A stretch of DNA of 64,000 nucleotides from the human T2T-CHM13v2.0 reference genome, Homo sapiens. This document shows, one piece after another, positions 33,201 through 49,241 of this stretch; positions within the stretch are counted from its first letter, which is position 1, and each line of letters starts with the position of its first letter. The position numbers and the translations under genes were made by a program. The notes under the pieces are model-generated. The model was not told the DNA's origin. It was given only the letters and a program-made list of their open reading frames with translations, and ran no database searches. Location: assembly GCF_009914755.1 (NCBI RefSeq), contig NC_060932.1. One strand, 5' to 3'.

Positions 33201-33749
33201 GACAAGAGCAGCTGCCTAATACCGGGTAGCCACTTGTTCCTGTGTGGCTCTTTTTTGCTGCACTGACATGTTTAATTGTTTTCTAAATGTGACTGTAGCG
33301 TTTGCATTTCTAAGATCTACAGACAGAATTAGAAAGAACAAGAGAGTGCATGTATATCAGGATCCCTCTCTGTTTCTCTGAGACCTAATTATCAGAAACA
33401 CAAACATCTAAAGGATTTACTTCTCCCATACATTTTCATTTCTGTTCTTCAGACACACATATGTGTTTCTTCACTAAGTGAAGAATCAATTTACTGCTAA
33501 ATCCATGCAGCATTACACAAGTCCACCTGTAATTTTTTGGGGATTCTTTAGCTCAGATATTTATGTAATCAAATTTGTACTGCATATATCATTACAAAAG
33601 TTCAAAGGCAAGGTACTTAATGTATAGCTCAGAAAAAGAGGCTATGAAGTGGAAGGAAAACATAAATATATGATTCTAGTTTCTGATACAAAATTCTTGG
33701 AAAAGGTTCTATAATAATAAAAATACGCACTTCTAAGTTTCCAGGGACA

Positions 33750-33910
33750 ACTCTAAGTCACTTTTCAGGTATTAATTTATTTAATTCTCACAAGCCTCTT
33801 GAGATAGATCCTATTATTTCCCCATTTCACAGACAAGAAAATTATGGCACAGAGAGGTTAAGAAATGTGTTTAAGGCTCACATCTAAATATAGCACAGCC
33901 AGGCAACGTC
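33750..33910 (-). mobile_element. MIR fragment
   Basis: ccccatttcacagacaagaaaattatggcacagagaggttaag matches the MIR core. Confidence 0.7.
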
Positions 33911-34424
33911 TCCGAAATCAAACTCCTCAGGGCGGCACTCCACTGCCTCTATAATAATATAGATGACAAAGTTCCAGTACTGTTTGCAGCATCTTTCCCA
34001 TGAATTATTTAAATTTGGCTTTATTTTCCCTTTCTGTCACGAATCATTATGCTCTATGTGAAGTCAGATTTAAGAAAGGAAAAGAGAAACTTTTAGCCCC
34101 TTGTATCTGGAGTCACCTCAGTCCATGAGAGAGGTAAGGAGGCCAGGGAGGGCACACAGTGGGTGCAGGGTCACCCTCTGGGTACCATGGCCCCTGGTAT
34201 GTGTATAGCCTGCTCATTTACAAAGTAATTTCACATCATGTGTTACCTTCAACAAAAACTTTGTAAAAGGGTGTTATACCAATTTCATTCATCAGAAAAC
34301 TGAGGCTCACCGAGGTTAAATGAAGGGAAAATAAGTAGTAAGTGACTAAGCAAGGACCCAGCACAGAAGCTATCTTCTGAGGGCTTGGGGGTTTGCATTT
34401 TTGTTTTCCATTTTCTGTTTGTGG

Positions 34425-34538
34425 TAGAGATGGGGTCTCACTCTGTTTTCCAGGCTGGTCTTCTGGGGCCCAAGCAATCCTTCTGCCTTGGCTTCCCAAA
34501 GTGCTAGGATTACAGGCATCTGCCACCAAGCTTGGCCC
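34425..34538 (-). mobile_element. FLAM/Alu monomer
   Basis: Alu left arm, reverse orientation. Confidence 0.75.
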
Positions 34539-35717
34539 ATCTGTTTTTCAGGACTTTCTATCAAGCTCAGTTTCATGCTCTTGGGATTAGGGTGCATCCT
34601 AAGAGCAAGCCAGGCACCCAGGGCTGTCCCCAGGCCTTGGGCTTGGTGGTGGCACATTCTATTGCCAAGGTCCCTCTCACATGAGCCAGACTGCCTGGAG
34701 GTCCCAGAACCAGCATCACTTTTTAATACACCCCCCCCAAATTCACTTTTCATTACTTAAGTAATGAAATAACTTAGAAATTATTTTTGCCTCCCGCCAC
34801 ACTTCTGCTAATGTGCGGAAGCACGTAACCCAGCATCCCTGGGACAAAGGCCCCCAATAAATCTAAGTTCCCCTTCCTGGCAACAGTATTCAAGTGCAAT
34901 ATATTCTTTGTTCACAGGCGATTTGCCAATGTTTCTGGCGTTCTATCAGCCTCCCATTGTTTGGTTTTACAACAACTTCCACTTCTAAAAGCAGGGCATT
35001 GCATATACTTACTTTGAACATGAAAGTAAATTAAATTTGCTTTGAGAATTTCATAACGCCCTCTGACACAATGGGGTGTCACAAAAGCAGGCCTGGGATC
35101 ACTGGTCTATAGTACAGAAGAGAGTAAAATGAAAAATTGACAAATAATATCTACCTAGAGGCATATGGTTTATAATAATGCACATTGATCTCCTTTTAGG
35201 AGGAAAACACATATATATAAACAATTGTCAATGATGTGCAACACATTCAGTAATGTGGCTTTTTAAATTTGTTTTTATAATAAAAATATAATTATGGTAT
35301 GCATTAAATGAAACAGGAAAAAGGAAATAGCTACTCAGTCATTAATAAGAGAGCTTCAGGGATCATGTTTCCTTCACTAGCTTCACGGGCATTTATATTT
35401 CTACTTAGTTACAAGAATCTGTAATTACAATTTTAGCTGTAATGATGACAGTTAATAGCAAAACACTATTGAGGTGGGAAAATCCCATAAGACTTAGAGC
35501 CGGGAGATCCAGGTTTTAGTTCCAGTAGTCCTTCACACGTGCTGTCACCTCTCAGAACTCCAGTGTCCTCAGGTGTAAACCAAGGATAATGACTCTGTCC
35601 TACCTCTCTGTGGAGGCAGAATTGTGGCCCCCAAAGAATGTCCATGTCCTGATCCCCAGAATCTGTGAATATGTTATATTACATGGGAACAAAGAATTAA
35701 GGTTACAGGTGGAATTA

Positions 35718-36075
<358 letters not shown>

Positions 36076-36267
36076 CTATGAGGATGGAGGACGGCGGCAG
36101 TGAGGAAAGGATGTGGGCAGCCTCTGGAAGGTGGAAAAGGCAAGGAAGAAGAGTCTCCCCTAGAGCCTCCAGAAAGGCCTGTAGCCCAGCTGACACCTTC
36201 ATTTTTGCCTGGGGAAACCCATGTCAGATTCTGATCTTCAGAAATGTAAGATCATAAATCTGTGGGG

Positions 36268-36602
<335 letters not shown>

Positions 36603-37444
36603 TAATCTGTAGCAGCAGCCGTAGAAAATGAATACACTCCTTCACGGGGTTGCTATGAAGGCTGAACCAATGATGCCTGTAAGATCTCTCTGCTATGCAA
36701 ACATGAGGGATTCGTGTGCCGCGCCTCAAAGGCGCCTGATCTGCGAACAGGAAGTCTAGTGGGGGTGGAAGGCAGTAACAGGGACACAGGTGACCATGAA
36801 GCAGGATGAGAGCCTCCAGGTTGAGTGTGGGCTTCTTCTCCATGCTCCCACGCCAACCTATGTTTCCTTCTATCCCAGAGCTCACCACCGTGAGTTCTAT
36901 TTAGCTGTGATATGTTTGTTAATCAAGTTTGGATCTCTAAAACCTAGCACAGTGCTGGCACACACAGGAGGTGCTCAGTGAGTGTTAAGTTAATGAAACA
37001 CATAAGTGAATGCTTAGTGCGTGGAGCCAAACAGGGCCTGGGGCCCATGGAGAATCCACGAAATTGGATGTTTACGTGATTGCCTCTCATGTCCCTCTTG
37101 TTTTCCTCTAGTAAGCCATCATTTTTCAAAGATCATTCCACAGCACATGAATGATTTTAGTGGGACGCTCCATAGAAAAGGGGATCATATGATCAAATTA
37201 AGTGGGAAGACACTGCAAATCCTCTCTCTCTCTTATGGAATGAAAATGCAGATCCACATAATAAAGGCTCTGAAAAGTTCTTTGGTAGAGAAAACTGTCT
37301 GATTTACCCCATATTTTCCTACTAATCCCTTTTCTTGCACAACTATTCTAATAAAAGAGGATACTCTGGGAACTTCTGCCTTCAGGAAAGTGCTGATTAG
37401 GTGACCCAGCTATGACAGAGGGGCCTCTGTCACGCTTGGGCTAC

Positions 37445-37600
37445 AGCAGTGGCTCTCAAACTCCAGTGAGCATCCGAAGCCCCTGGAAGCCTTGCTAGAA
37501 TGCAGAGTGCTGGGCCCACATGCAGGGATTATGATCCCATGGGTCTGGGTGGGGCTGAGGAACCAGATCCTGATGCTGCTGATCCAGGACCACCCGTTAG
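37445..37600. mobile_element. MER5-like hAT element
   Basis: cagtggctctcaaact...gatgctgctgatccaggaccac. Confidence 0.6.
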
Positions 37601-38915
37601 GAATCATCAGACAGGGTTGCTGGAGGGGTCCTGTCTTCCCCAACTAGCTTGTGACAGGAGTAATCATCACCAAGACATCTCCAGCAGGAGGGGAATGCTG
37701 GGGACCAAAGTCAGGACTGCAAATGCCAGCCGCCCTACCTCGAGTAGAGATTTCTCCTCTCTTCCCAAGCTGACATCTTTTATTTTATGATAGTAGGGAA
37801 GGAGGCTGTTCAGTACAGATATGTTAAGACACAGTCTCTAACAACTTCCTGCATTGTCCTGGTGTAGAGACCCAGGGCTGAGAAGGTGAGTGCGATGGCC
37901 TGGTGCCCCACTGAAGAGCCCGATGTGCTGAAGGAACCCTCTAGCAGTCAGGCATGGCACAGGAGTAGGTGGGCTGCTTTTCCAGATAGGTTGGCGCTAG
38001 CTTTTAAGATCCACCAAAAACATCCATAATGTCCTACAGTGTCTTCCTCCCCGAGCAGTTTGTGTACTGTCTCTGCAAAGTGACTGAGCGTAATTTTGTT
38101 CTATGGCTGTGTCTGTGAGCAACCACGTCTGAAGCACTGAATGACCTCCCTGTGACCTTAATATGACCACCGTATCAATGGGGGAACAACACTCTGGCCC
38201 CTCCATTTGCCACTCCACTACCACAGTGATCTTCTCCCCGGCAAAGAACACCCCAATGGCTCTTAAGATAAAGCCCAGAATCCCAAATAGGGTGTTCTCT
38301 GTGCGCCCCACATGCCGACCTTCCTTTGCCAATCGCATGCAGGCCTTGTGCTCCCCCATGTTACATAAAAGAGCCAAAGATGCTTATTCCTCACCCTAGG
38401 CTGAGACCCTTTAGCTCACAAACATGCTGGCACAAAACTCAAATTTTTTATACATGCAACTGTTTTTAAATAGACAAACAGGCAGATTTTTAGCCATTAG
38501 GGCCTGCCTGCCTGCACACCTGTGAAACTATACCCAGCATCTGTTGGCCACTGATAGGCCTTGTGTTATCAGACCCCAAGATGCTGCTGCCCTTCTGAGG
38601 TCTCTGACCAAAAGACTCCCCACTGTGCTGCTGGATGACCTCACCTTGACATTTAAGGCCCCTTTCCAATCTCCCTCTCCCCCAGGAGTTGCTGTGCCCT
38701 CCTCCCCAGCCCACCATAAGCCTCTGAACAGTCTCATGCTGTGAGGACGTCCTCTCTCATGCAGCCCTGTCCAAGCACAGCCCAGTAAACTTCGCTGTGC
38801 TACTGCCTCTCATGGATATAGCTTTTCCCTTGATCAGCTCCCAAATCCCTCAAACCCTCTACACCTGGCCATCAGGTTTAACCACACTAGTCTGCCTGCC
38901 TGGGCAGCTCTACAG

Positions 38916-38986
38916 ACCTCAGCCCCACATACCTCAGCCCCACATACCTCAGCCCCACACACCTCAGCCCCACATACCTCAGCTCC
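38916..38986. repeat. 15-bp minisatellite (ACCTCAGCCCCACAT) x about 4.7
   Basis: Units start at 38916, 38931, 38946, 38961 and 38976 (partial). Confidence 0.95.
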
Positions 38987-39595
38987 ATCTCCAGGAAAGC
39001 CCCTCCTCCTCCTTCTCCCCCAAGACCGAGGGGAATCACCTGATTACACCCGCTGAGAGCTCCCTGCACCTCTCACTCGTTTGCTACCAGCTGCACCAAT
39101 TACTGCAGCTGTAAATCCATTAATTCCCTGGATTATCTGATAATTGCACCCCTCTCACTAGGCTGTGATCTACCTGACAGCAGGCTCCACATCAACTTTT
39201 CTCCACATCAACCATCGTGACCCCAGCGCCAGCCCAGCACCTGGCATCAAGTAGACTCTCAATAAATATTTGTGTGTGAAAAAAAAGAAGAAACAAAATG
39301 GCTTGACAAGGATTGTGTTGACATGAAATTTCCACGTTCCTATGAGAAACATATGGTTTTTGCTATCCTGAGAAGTCAGTGTTTTGCCCTATTGGATTCA
39401 ATGCAGATCAACACATCAGCTTTTTCATTTATTTCTCTGTGAGCCTTGTATGGTCTCTGGCTCATTAATGAGCCGATTCCTGGCCCCTCCATTGGCCACT
39501 CCAAAACCAGAGTGATCTTTTCAAATTACATTAGCCCCAATCCAGTCTTGAGAGGAGGGGCAGGTAAAACGAATCATTAAAAAATAATAATAAAA

Positions 39596-39907
<312 letters not shown>

Positions 39908-40381
39908 TTATCATTGTTTAGAATTCTGTGATTTTTCCACGATTTTTCCACATGCGTGAGTGTGCATAATGAAACAGGAATTGCAGTGGAAGGTGAAATA
40001 GCGTTATACTTCCTGGACTCTTACTGTGCTGTGTGAAATGTCATCCTCCTATCTAAAGTCCTTTATCACCAGCTTGATTGAGTTCACTCAAAACCACAAG
40101 CATGCGGTTTATTTCATTACTGAGTCCGTGCACAATGAGAATGGGCCATCGGATTATAAAACACACCAAGGGAAGTGAGGGAAAGGGAGGCGTCTGCACA
40201 GCTGGCCATAATTCCTTTATTAAGCATTTCCTGAGCTTCCTATCTACTTTGGGCAGCCTGGCCCATACCACTCCCTGTGGTGCATGGAACCTTCCCTGCA
40301 CAGCATATGGCCTTTTGTAGGATGAAGTGGTCAAAAAGTCATCACAGATAACAAAGGCAGCAACCATGAAAACATCAGTAC

Positions 40382-40576
40382 CATAGGTGTGCCCGCAGTC
40401 CTGGCCCTGCGGGGTGGAGTACTCCAGGCAGCCAGCTCTCTCTTCCAGGGGTGGGCAGGGCGCCCCGCCGTTCTGAGGCTCCTGCTGCACCGAGCGCCTC
40501 CGCACACGGGTTGTAGGCTTGCACTGGTCTGCACAACCACTCCAGGGGCTCCATTCCCCCACGAAGCACGGGCGAG
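40382..40576 (-). CDS. SBSPON: SBSPON exon 2 (thrombospondin type-1 repeat)
   Basis: tttttcag| (A)RPCFVGEWSPWSGCADQCKPTTRVRRRSVQQEPQNGGAPCPPLEERAGCLEYSTPQGQDCGHTY |gtactg; WSPW and RxRxR motifs; 195 nt, phase 1-1. Confidence 0.96.
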
Positions 40577-43294
40577 CTGAAAAACAGCACAATAGGACGC
40601 TCACCTGAGTAAATCCCGCCAGGCTGGCAGGCTGTTCCCGCCAACACAAACAGCTGAGTTTAGCTCCATGTAAACTTTGCCTGGCCCCAGGCCCTGTATC
40701 AGGAGACGCACACAAAGCCTCAGCAGGTCCCAGATGACACTGATTCCACCTGCCCACCCCGATGGTGAATTGATAACCTGGTACCCCTTAGAAGTAGCTG
40801 GATACCCTGGGATCCTAAATGTGGGTCTGATCCAGGGAAACACACCCAAGGAGATGAGACGGATGCTTTCAGGGGAATTTCTCATACTCCCTGGGCTGAG
40901 ATCAGATATTTGCTTTTGTTTTTCCTTGATATTAATTTTATCTGCCCCTGCCCATAACATTTTTATTATAACAAGACATTCTCATCATAGACAACATAAA
41001 CAACAAAAAAAAAAGTATAAAAAAGAAAATGTACTTCACCCACCAACAATCCCATCACCTACTCAGGTCAATTCTTCTCAGCAAATGTGTCTTCATAAGA
41101 AACAGGGCTTAGGGCCATGCACAGGGACCCCTATACTCTAAGCTTCTCCTGTTTACTCTATTTTCTTTCTCCATGGCTTGTAGACTCATGAACTATGAGG
41201 GCTGAAGTTTAGAGATGAGCCACCAGGGCCCAGAGAGATAAAGAGTATTCACGGTCACCCATGAAAAGGCAGTGTCAGGCCAAGAATCTGGCCCTGGAGT
41301 CTTGTTTGTGCTGTTGGTCTATGCTTTTCCACATGATTTGGTCGGTGTGGGGCTCAGCTGGTTTCTCAGCAAACAGCCGTGCACTGGGCTGCTCCCTGGA
41401 GTCCAGCAATACATACTGGGATTCCCCTGATGGACAACTAAAGCCATTCTCCTTCCTTGATTGTGAAGTCCACTTAACAAATCTGAAGATGTAATTTAAA
41501 AATGCAATTTCCTCACCATGACCATAAAATCAATATGGCGTCACGTTTAACTTTCTCATTGAAAGTTTTAATGTATCTCAGACTGTAATCAACTTTTAAA
41601 TTGAATTATTTCAGGATTTAAAATTAAATATAAGGAAAGAACCAGAAGACAGAAGACATGCCCATGACCTAGATGCCAAACATTTTTTTCCCCTTGAAGT
41701 GTGATCCGCTTTCCTATCATCCTCACACTTTCTAATTCATAATGTTTCCCACAAGAATTAGCACTCTGTCTTCTTTGAAAGCTTGACTTGAACTTCTGCA
41801 TTCACGGTTTTTGGAGGACATGTGATTTGCCAGTGCATAGCTACCCCTGACATAAAAAGGGTCCCATGCAACATAAACATGTCAGTAATTTTAAAATTTC
41901 CATACTAGTTTAAAACATGCTTTCATTCATCAATGAAATACCCACAGGTATCACATGTCAACTACCTAAAGAAGCCAGAATAAGCCACGTTACAGTTCAT
42001 TCCCAATATCTGCCATGTATACATCTTTTGGAAAAACACTAACAGGTCACTTCCTGCTTTTGTTGGCTCTTGTTAGCCCTTCCCTTTTTATTTTCTTGAT
42101 TTCATAATTTCATTGGCCCATCAAACCAAAAAGCATTTAAAGAGATCTCCTAGGCTGCGAGCTGATTGAGAAGGACTCCTTCTATCCTTCATTATTTCAA
42201 TGCCTCTTTTCTTCCACCTTCAGCCTTGAGTCTAGCTAGTCCTGTTGTGAGGTGTTGGGCTTGAACAACACTTAATATTGCATAAAAAGAATGCACTTGT
42301 TTCAAAGATTAACATTTGGACATCACTATAAAATACAATTTTGCCATAGCATTAACTCAGAACTTAGTAATATGGCCTTGAATTAGACTTGGTCCTTATG
42401 GTAAAAGATGACACTGGGGAGGGTTTTCTGACTGAACTTAGCCTCCCAGGATTCCATCGTCATATGTGTCTCTTGTCTAGTATTTGTTTCTTGTATTCGG
42501 TTTGGTCTCACAGTTGAAGTCCTCAAAATTACAGAATCAATCATTGCATCAAGTTGCTCCTATTCGTTAAAGTTTGTCCTTAGCAAAACACTATATCCTG
42601 TTTTTCCAATCCATGATTTTAAAAGCTCCATAAAGAGAATCAGAAAGTTGTAGGGTCCAGAACAATGACATCTCAATAGCTTCATTATGAGACAAAATAA
42701 AAAACACTCACTCAGAATTATAGGAATAAAAAGGTGTTTCACAAAATATTTTGCGTCGGAAGATTAAATAAATTAAGAAGTATTTATTCCTATACTGCAC
42801 CAAAGATTCTATTGTTGGTTAGCTTGTGAACTTTTGATTATTTGGATTGCAAGCCATCATAGATCACAAGAGATCTTGGTCATGGAGGTTAAGGGAAGTA
42901 CGGAAACCTCTGACAGATTTATTTCAAGTCATTTATTACAGCTGCCTGACACAGATTTCCTTTTGGACGATGCCAATAGTATTCATGTCCCCTTTCCCAC
43001 TAGCTTATCTAACTCACATCTATTCACAGCATATCAAAATATTCTTTTTACAATCTGACCTTCTCAATCTTCACTTGAGTTTCACCAGCTGTTAATGGAG
43101 CCGATAGACTGTGGCACCTAGGAGCGGCATGGTGGCCTTTGACTCCAAGTTTGTCACAGCTTCTCAGTTGCTTCAGAGTTAGGATTTGATGACATCATCC
43201 ACCCCTTTTAGGAGAAGAAAGCCTAGATTTAATGGGTGCCAGGAAGCTCAGTAAGCTTGCTGTTTTCTTTTCTTCTTTGTTTAAACTCAAGCTA

Positions 43295-43590
43295 ATATTC
43301 AGGTTGGGTCTCCCCAGAAGCAGCCTGTGAGACATGGATTTAAATGCAAGTAATTTATTTGTGAGGTGATCTCAAGCACCATACAGGAGTGGAGAACAGA
43401 GTCAGAGAGGGAGACAGAAGAGAGCACAGACAGAAAATAAAAAAAGCTAAAAGCTCTGCTGAAGGTCTGGGGGGCACCCCTGGCTTTCAGCTCATTGGAG
43501 AGTGAGACAATGGATGTAGATTCAGAGTGCAAGAAATTATCAAGTCCTTGCCCATTTACCAACTGGTCCCCCTTTCTCAAGACCTTTCCA
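43295..43590. mobile_element. MLT1-like LTR fragment
   Basis: caggttgggtctccccagaagcagcctgtgagacatggatttaaatgcaagtaatttatt. Confidence 0.55.
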
Positions 43591-43779
43591 GTTATCAGAG
43601 ATTCCTACCACAGCCAAAGGAGAATAAGTTATATATCTCAGTAATGAATCACACACAAGAGTGCAGCACATTTTCACAGTCCTAATGGAGATAGCCAGTC
43701 ACGTCCAAGTACAATTACTTTAAAAGATGTATCACTAATTTTTTAAAAGTATAAATGACTTAAACTCCCTCATTTCCTT

Positions 43780-44111
43780 TGGATTTCATCTGACATCTGA
43801 ACTCCTTGCTGTGACCTACAAGGTTCTGTTCCTGTGTGACCTGGCATCTGCCTGACCTTCCACTTCCACCTGCACTTCCCCGCCCACCTCTGCTCCAAGT
43901 TCAGCCACATGGGCCTCTTTACCCCTTGAACACACCAAGCTCTTTCCCACCCTGGGACCGTTGTACACATTTTTACTCTGCTGGGAATATTCTCCCTACA
44001 CTGGGCATGGCTGGGTCCCACTCACCCTTTAACTCCCAGACTAACTACTTCCTCTTCAGGGAGTCTTTTTCTGGCCAGCTTTTTCTAGTCTTCGCCTAGC
44101 CCCACTACACA

Positions 44112-44158
<47 letters not shown>

Positions 44159-44335
44159 ATTTCCTCTCAGAGCTTGGTGTTCCTCACCTTGTAGCATTGC
44201 CATAATTCATAATTACTTATTCATTTGTTGTGTTTATTATTGATGCCCCTGAGGATCATGATAGTTTTCTATTTCATTCCTGGTGCTTGGCACATGGTAG
44301 GTGCTTAATAATATTCATTGAATGAATGAATGAAA
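43780..44335 (+). mobile_element. L2 3' fragment containing (CA)n at about 44114-44156
   Basis: Ends tggcacatggtaggtgcttaata...tgaatgaatgaatgaa, the L2 3' terminus. Confidence 0.75.
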
Positions 44336-45502
44336 TGGCATTGGGCATGTTTCCCCTCCTCCCTAGATAATGTTCTACATTGAAACAGACTCTGATCTGC
44401 TCATATCATTAGTTAGAAGCCAAAATGCTGAAGGAGGCTCCAGCAAAGGAAGGAAGTGGGGTGGAAGGAGACGAGTGAATCAGAAGCCCCCACAGCCAAA
44501 CCCATGGGAATTCTTAGCCTGGCCCAGAGTGTGGGCTCTCCTGGCAGCAATGGCCCCAAGGGTGTCCATCAGAAGGAGCATTGTTTTCTGTGCCTTAAGA
44601 TCAGGTAGGTCCAAGCTTCTCCTGGCAGCTACAAGTCCTTTAGATCCATTCTGATCTATTTATATCTCCTGCCAGGACCACATTTTGAAAGTAACAAGCT
44701 TCTTTACTTTTATTATCTGTGGCACAAAATGGCATTTCCTTTCATTTGATCCAAATTTCCCTCACTCAAGAATTTCAGAATATGGTGAAAAAAAAAAAAA
44801 TCCATGCTTACCTTTTCTATGCCACTCATGGTCTGACATGGTCTGTGCCACTCATGGTTTGGGGAGGTCTCCTTTCCTCCCAGCCAGACTCTCCAAGGTC
44901 ATGTCTTCTGCTTTTGGACCCATCTTTCTAGGCACTTCTCATCTCGGAGTTACCACTGGACTTTCTCCAGGTCTGTTCGCAGCTCGAGGAGTTGTGCCAG
45001 CCAGAGCAAGACACCCTATTCTCAGCCTTTAGGTACCAAAGGGTCATTTAAAAATATATATATTTTTTCAAATGCTTTTCTAGGTGATGTCAAATACATG
45101 CACACAGAGACAACAAAATGAGCCGACAGCCAGAGCCATTCATTTTATAAAGAGAGTTTGGACTATTTTTCCTTCGAGGTGAGGCCTTGTTCTTGTTTTC
45201 ATGTAGCAGTGTCTCCTTGGTTAATCACAGAGACTCAAGCACTCTCCTTTGTAATCTAGCCCTGCCTATTGGCTTTTTGCCATCTAAAAGTTTAAGGCCA
45301 CCCACAAACAAGTGCTTTCTCCCTCACATCGTTAAGTTCAAATAGTCCTAATCATTCCTAAGGAAATGTTCTTACACCGTACCCACAGCAGTACCCATTT
45401 ATGCATAGCTATTGTTTCTTCACATTCTGTGGAAGAAAAATAAAACAGCCCTATTATCCCCCAACACCCACACATGCACACCTCATAGTGACACAAATTT
45501 AA

Positions 45503-45882
<380 letters not shown>

Positions 45883-46574
45883 TGAAAGCCAAATGAGACT
45901 ACATTCCCCAAGTGCCTATTACTCCCTCAGAAAGCTCAAATAAAATGATCAAGACTTTTCTCCCTCTCTTGCAGAAACCACGTTATCTGGCCCCCAAAGG
46001 GGTTTTTTTTCCTTTTGAGACATTTACTGGACTAGTTCCTGAAGTACTAGCAAGATGACATGGGCTGTGTCATTTGATAAATAGAATTTTATATACTATG
46101 TAACCCAGGAGAAAAAAAGATATGAATAAAAAAGATAATAGTACTTTTTCTTTCTGGGTAACAGGTTTCCAGGTGAGTTGCCTTCTTGTTTTGTGCATTT
46201 CTATATTTTCCAAATTTTCTGCAACAAACATATATTTTGTAGTTAAGGAAAGAAAATCTTTTATAGAGGAAATGTGGCTCTACCCTGGATGGCGGTGCCG
46301 TCTGAAGCCATGGATAACATCACCTGGTGGGGATGGGTGGGACGACTGCTCACATTCTTTTGACAAACATTATTAAGTAGCATCATGATAGCCATTGGAG
46401 TTTATGCAGACAGGCAAGACACACTCTGCCCTCGAGGAGCCCTGAGTAGATGGAGGGAGAAGCCTTGCTCACTCTGTTGGTGTTTATGTGGGGCCTACCC
46501 CGCAAAGCACACTGCTTCTCATAAGACCTCATTTCTCTGAGGCAGAAAAACATCATGTTTTGACGTATGGCCTC

Positions 46575-46790
46575 TGGATCCGGATGACCTGGGTTCAAAT
46601 CTCACTACACCAGTTATTAGTGGTGTGACTTTGGACAAGTTACCCAACCTGTCTGTGCCTTGCTTACCTCGTATGTAAAACGAGACCAAAATGAGGACTA
46701 ACATCAGCGGGTTGTGGGATCCAAGTAAGTTAATAACTGTGAAGTGCTTGGGAGAGCGCCTGGTATGGAGGAAATGTGAAGTGTTAACAA
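46575..46790 (+). mobile_element. MIR
   Basis: ctgggttcaaatc...tgtgactttggacaagttacccaacctgtctgtgcct. Confidence 0.8.
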
Positions 46791-47757
46791 CTTGACCCTC
46801 CTTCACTGCTCACCCAGGGCCGCAGCCAAATTCTGCTAAGTCAAGTCCATTTGAATACTGGCTCCAGTCAGGCCCCGCTCGTTTTTTTTCTTCAAAGCCA
46901 AAGGCGATGTCTCTCAGACTGTTCTGGTTCCTGTAAAGCCTCAACTCTCTAAATCATCGTAGACTCTGGCATCTTTCCTTTGGGTGAGTTTGGAGCCCAT
47001 ATTTTCAAGCATGGTGCCTCTTTCCCTCCAGATATGATGTCATCAGACTTTGGCTAGTTTGTTTCCTAGACTCTCCATAAATCTAGGAGAAGACACCAGC
47101 CCATATAGGCTATTCAATGTTTGTCCTGCTTCACTTGGGTTAATTATTACCCTCTCCTTAAGCTGCCAATCAATGATCTAATGCAACTACTGTTCTATGA
47201 TCTTAGAAAATGCAAATTCTAGGAACCCAGCTGGAGAATCAGAGATTGGGATGTTATCCACCTCATAAGCAAGTTTTCCAAGAAGTTCTTCCAGGGCAGG
47301 GAAACTTGGATCTGTTCCCCTACTCTACTTTTCCCCATCCCTGGTAAGGCACAGCCAGTGGAGAATTTTCCATCCCTTTTTTAGAGGAGGTGGGAAGGGA
47401 GCTGTGATGCTCCCTTGGTGTTGAAACTCATGCCATTGTCATAAGGAGATTTCCTGAGATCATTCCAGAACAGATGTCTTTGACAGTTTAGTAATTGTAT
47501 AGATTCAATAACATTTTAGTTTTTACCTGAGAAAGTCTTTTTACTTAGAAAAAGAAATGCCAGTATTTCATCTCTTAGCCACATAATAACAATAATAATA
47601 ATGCATTTATCAAGATGAAAAAATCAGAAGGAATAGAAGTAAAGCATGCTTAGTTACACTGACTCAGTTACATTTTCCATTCACATTGAATGTAATATCA
47701 GTCAAAAAAGGCTTTAGGCAGCAACAATAGGTAAAATAATGGGTAAGAAGGAAAAGA

Positions 47758-48055
47758 GGGCCAGGCACCCTGGCTCACACCTACAATCCCAGCATGTTGG
47801 GAGGCCAAGGCAGGCAGATTGCTTGAGCCTAGGAATTGGAGACCAGCTTGGGCAACATGGGGAAACTTCGTCTCCACAAAAAATAGCCAGGCTTGGCAGC
47901 ACACGTCTGCAGTCCCAGCTACTCCGGGAGCTGAGGTGGGAAGATGGACTTGAACCTGTGAAGCAGAAGTGTGGAGGTTGCAATGAGCTGAGATCACGCC
48001 ACTGCACTCCAGCCTAGGCAACAGAATCAGATCCCATCTCAAAAAGAAAAAAAAA
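47758..48055 (+). mobile_element. AluJ
   Basis: Diverged Alu dimer. Confidence 0.9.
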
Positions 48056-48628
48056 GAGAGAAGAAGAGAGTCTAAGAGGCAGAATGGTTCTATGAGTATA
48101 GAGTAACTGGGGGTTCTAAGATGCTGAAACCTGATTTATCTAGGAATAAGTAATAGCCATAAATTGGCAAATATATGTGGCAATTGGCAGTCTGAAATCA
48201 GGCACTTCAGATCTCAGCTCTGCTCATTGGTGTTAGCTTGAGTAATGGAAACCCTTGGAAAGCCTTAGCTGTTCTGTCTGTAAAAATGCTAGTATAGGTC
48301 ACCAGGTTCTTTTCCCAAATGCTTGAGGCAGTTGAGTCTCAGTACTCAGGACTTCCTGGATCTTAGAAAGGGAATACAGTCTATGTACCTTATTTGGGGT
48401 GTCCCCCTCTACTCAGCAGGGTCTGGAGCAGATCCTTGCAAAATATATTAATATTTTTGAGGCAAAATGTAAACAAAGATGATCAATATCCTTCTATCAG
48501 TGCAAGTCAGGTGAGACTTTTGCCACCAAATGAGTTATGAAAAAGCTTTCAAATGTTAGCACTTTTTAGATTGGGATTGTCATATGGGTTTGTGGACCTG
48601 ACCTGCCTTTCTTAACAATTGTTAGGAT

Positions 48629-49009
<381 letters not shown>

Positions 49010-49241
49010 TTAATATTAACGAATACAAATTATAGCAATATGTTGTCAGAAAATTATGATGTAAATATTTAATCAAATGAAATATTCTCCGCTGTCGACC
49101 AGTGCTAAGAGCCAACCAACAGTACATTTGCTACCTAAATGTCTACCACATGCCAGGTGCAGTGCTCTGGGCTTGCCAGGCATAGCCTCCTTCTGTCAAC
49201 TCCACAGTCCCACACAGTGGTTTCATCTCCCCTGCCCCTAC

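Noticed and set aside
36721-36740. GCGCCT-CAA-AGGCGC small hairpin in a CpG cluster
   Set aside because: A 6-bp stem is expected by chance and there is no supporting context.
40053-40757. 234-aa ORF as a single-exon TSP1 gene
   Set aside because: Only 40382-40576 is domain-like and bounded by AG/GT; the rest is intron read-through.
41550-43100. Repeat-poor intronic stretch as a hidden exon or pseudogene
   Set aside because: Frames after candidate acceptors hit stops quickly and resemble nothing I recognise; conservation data would be needed.
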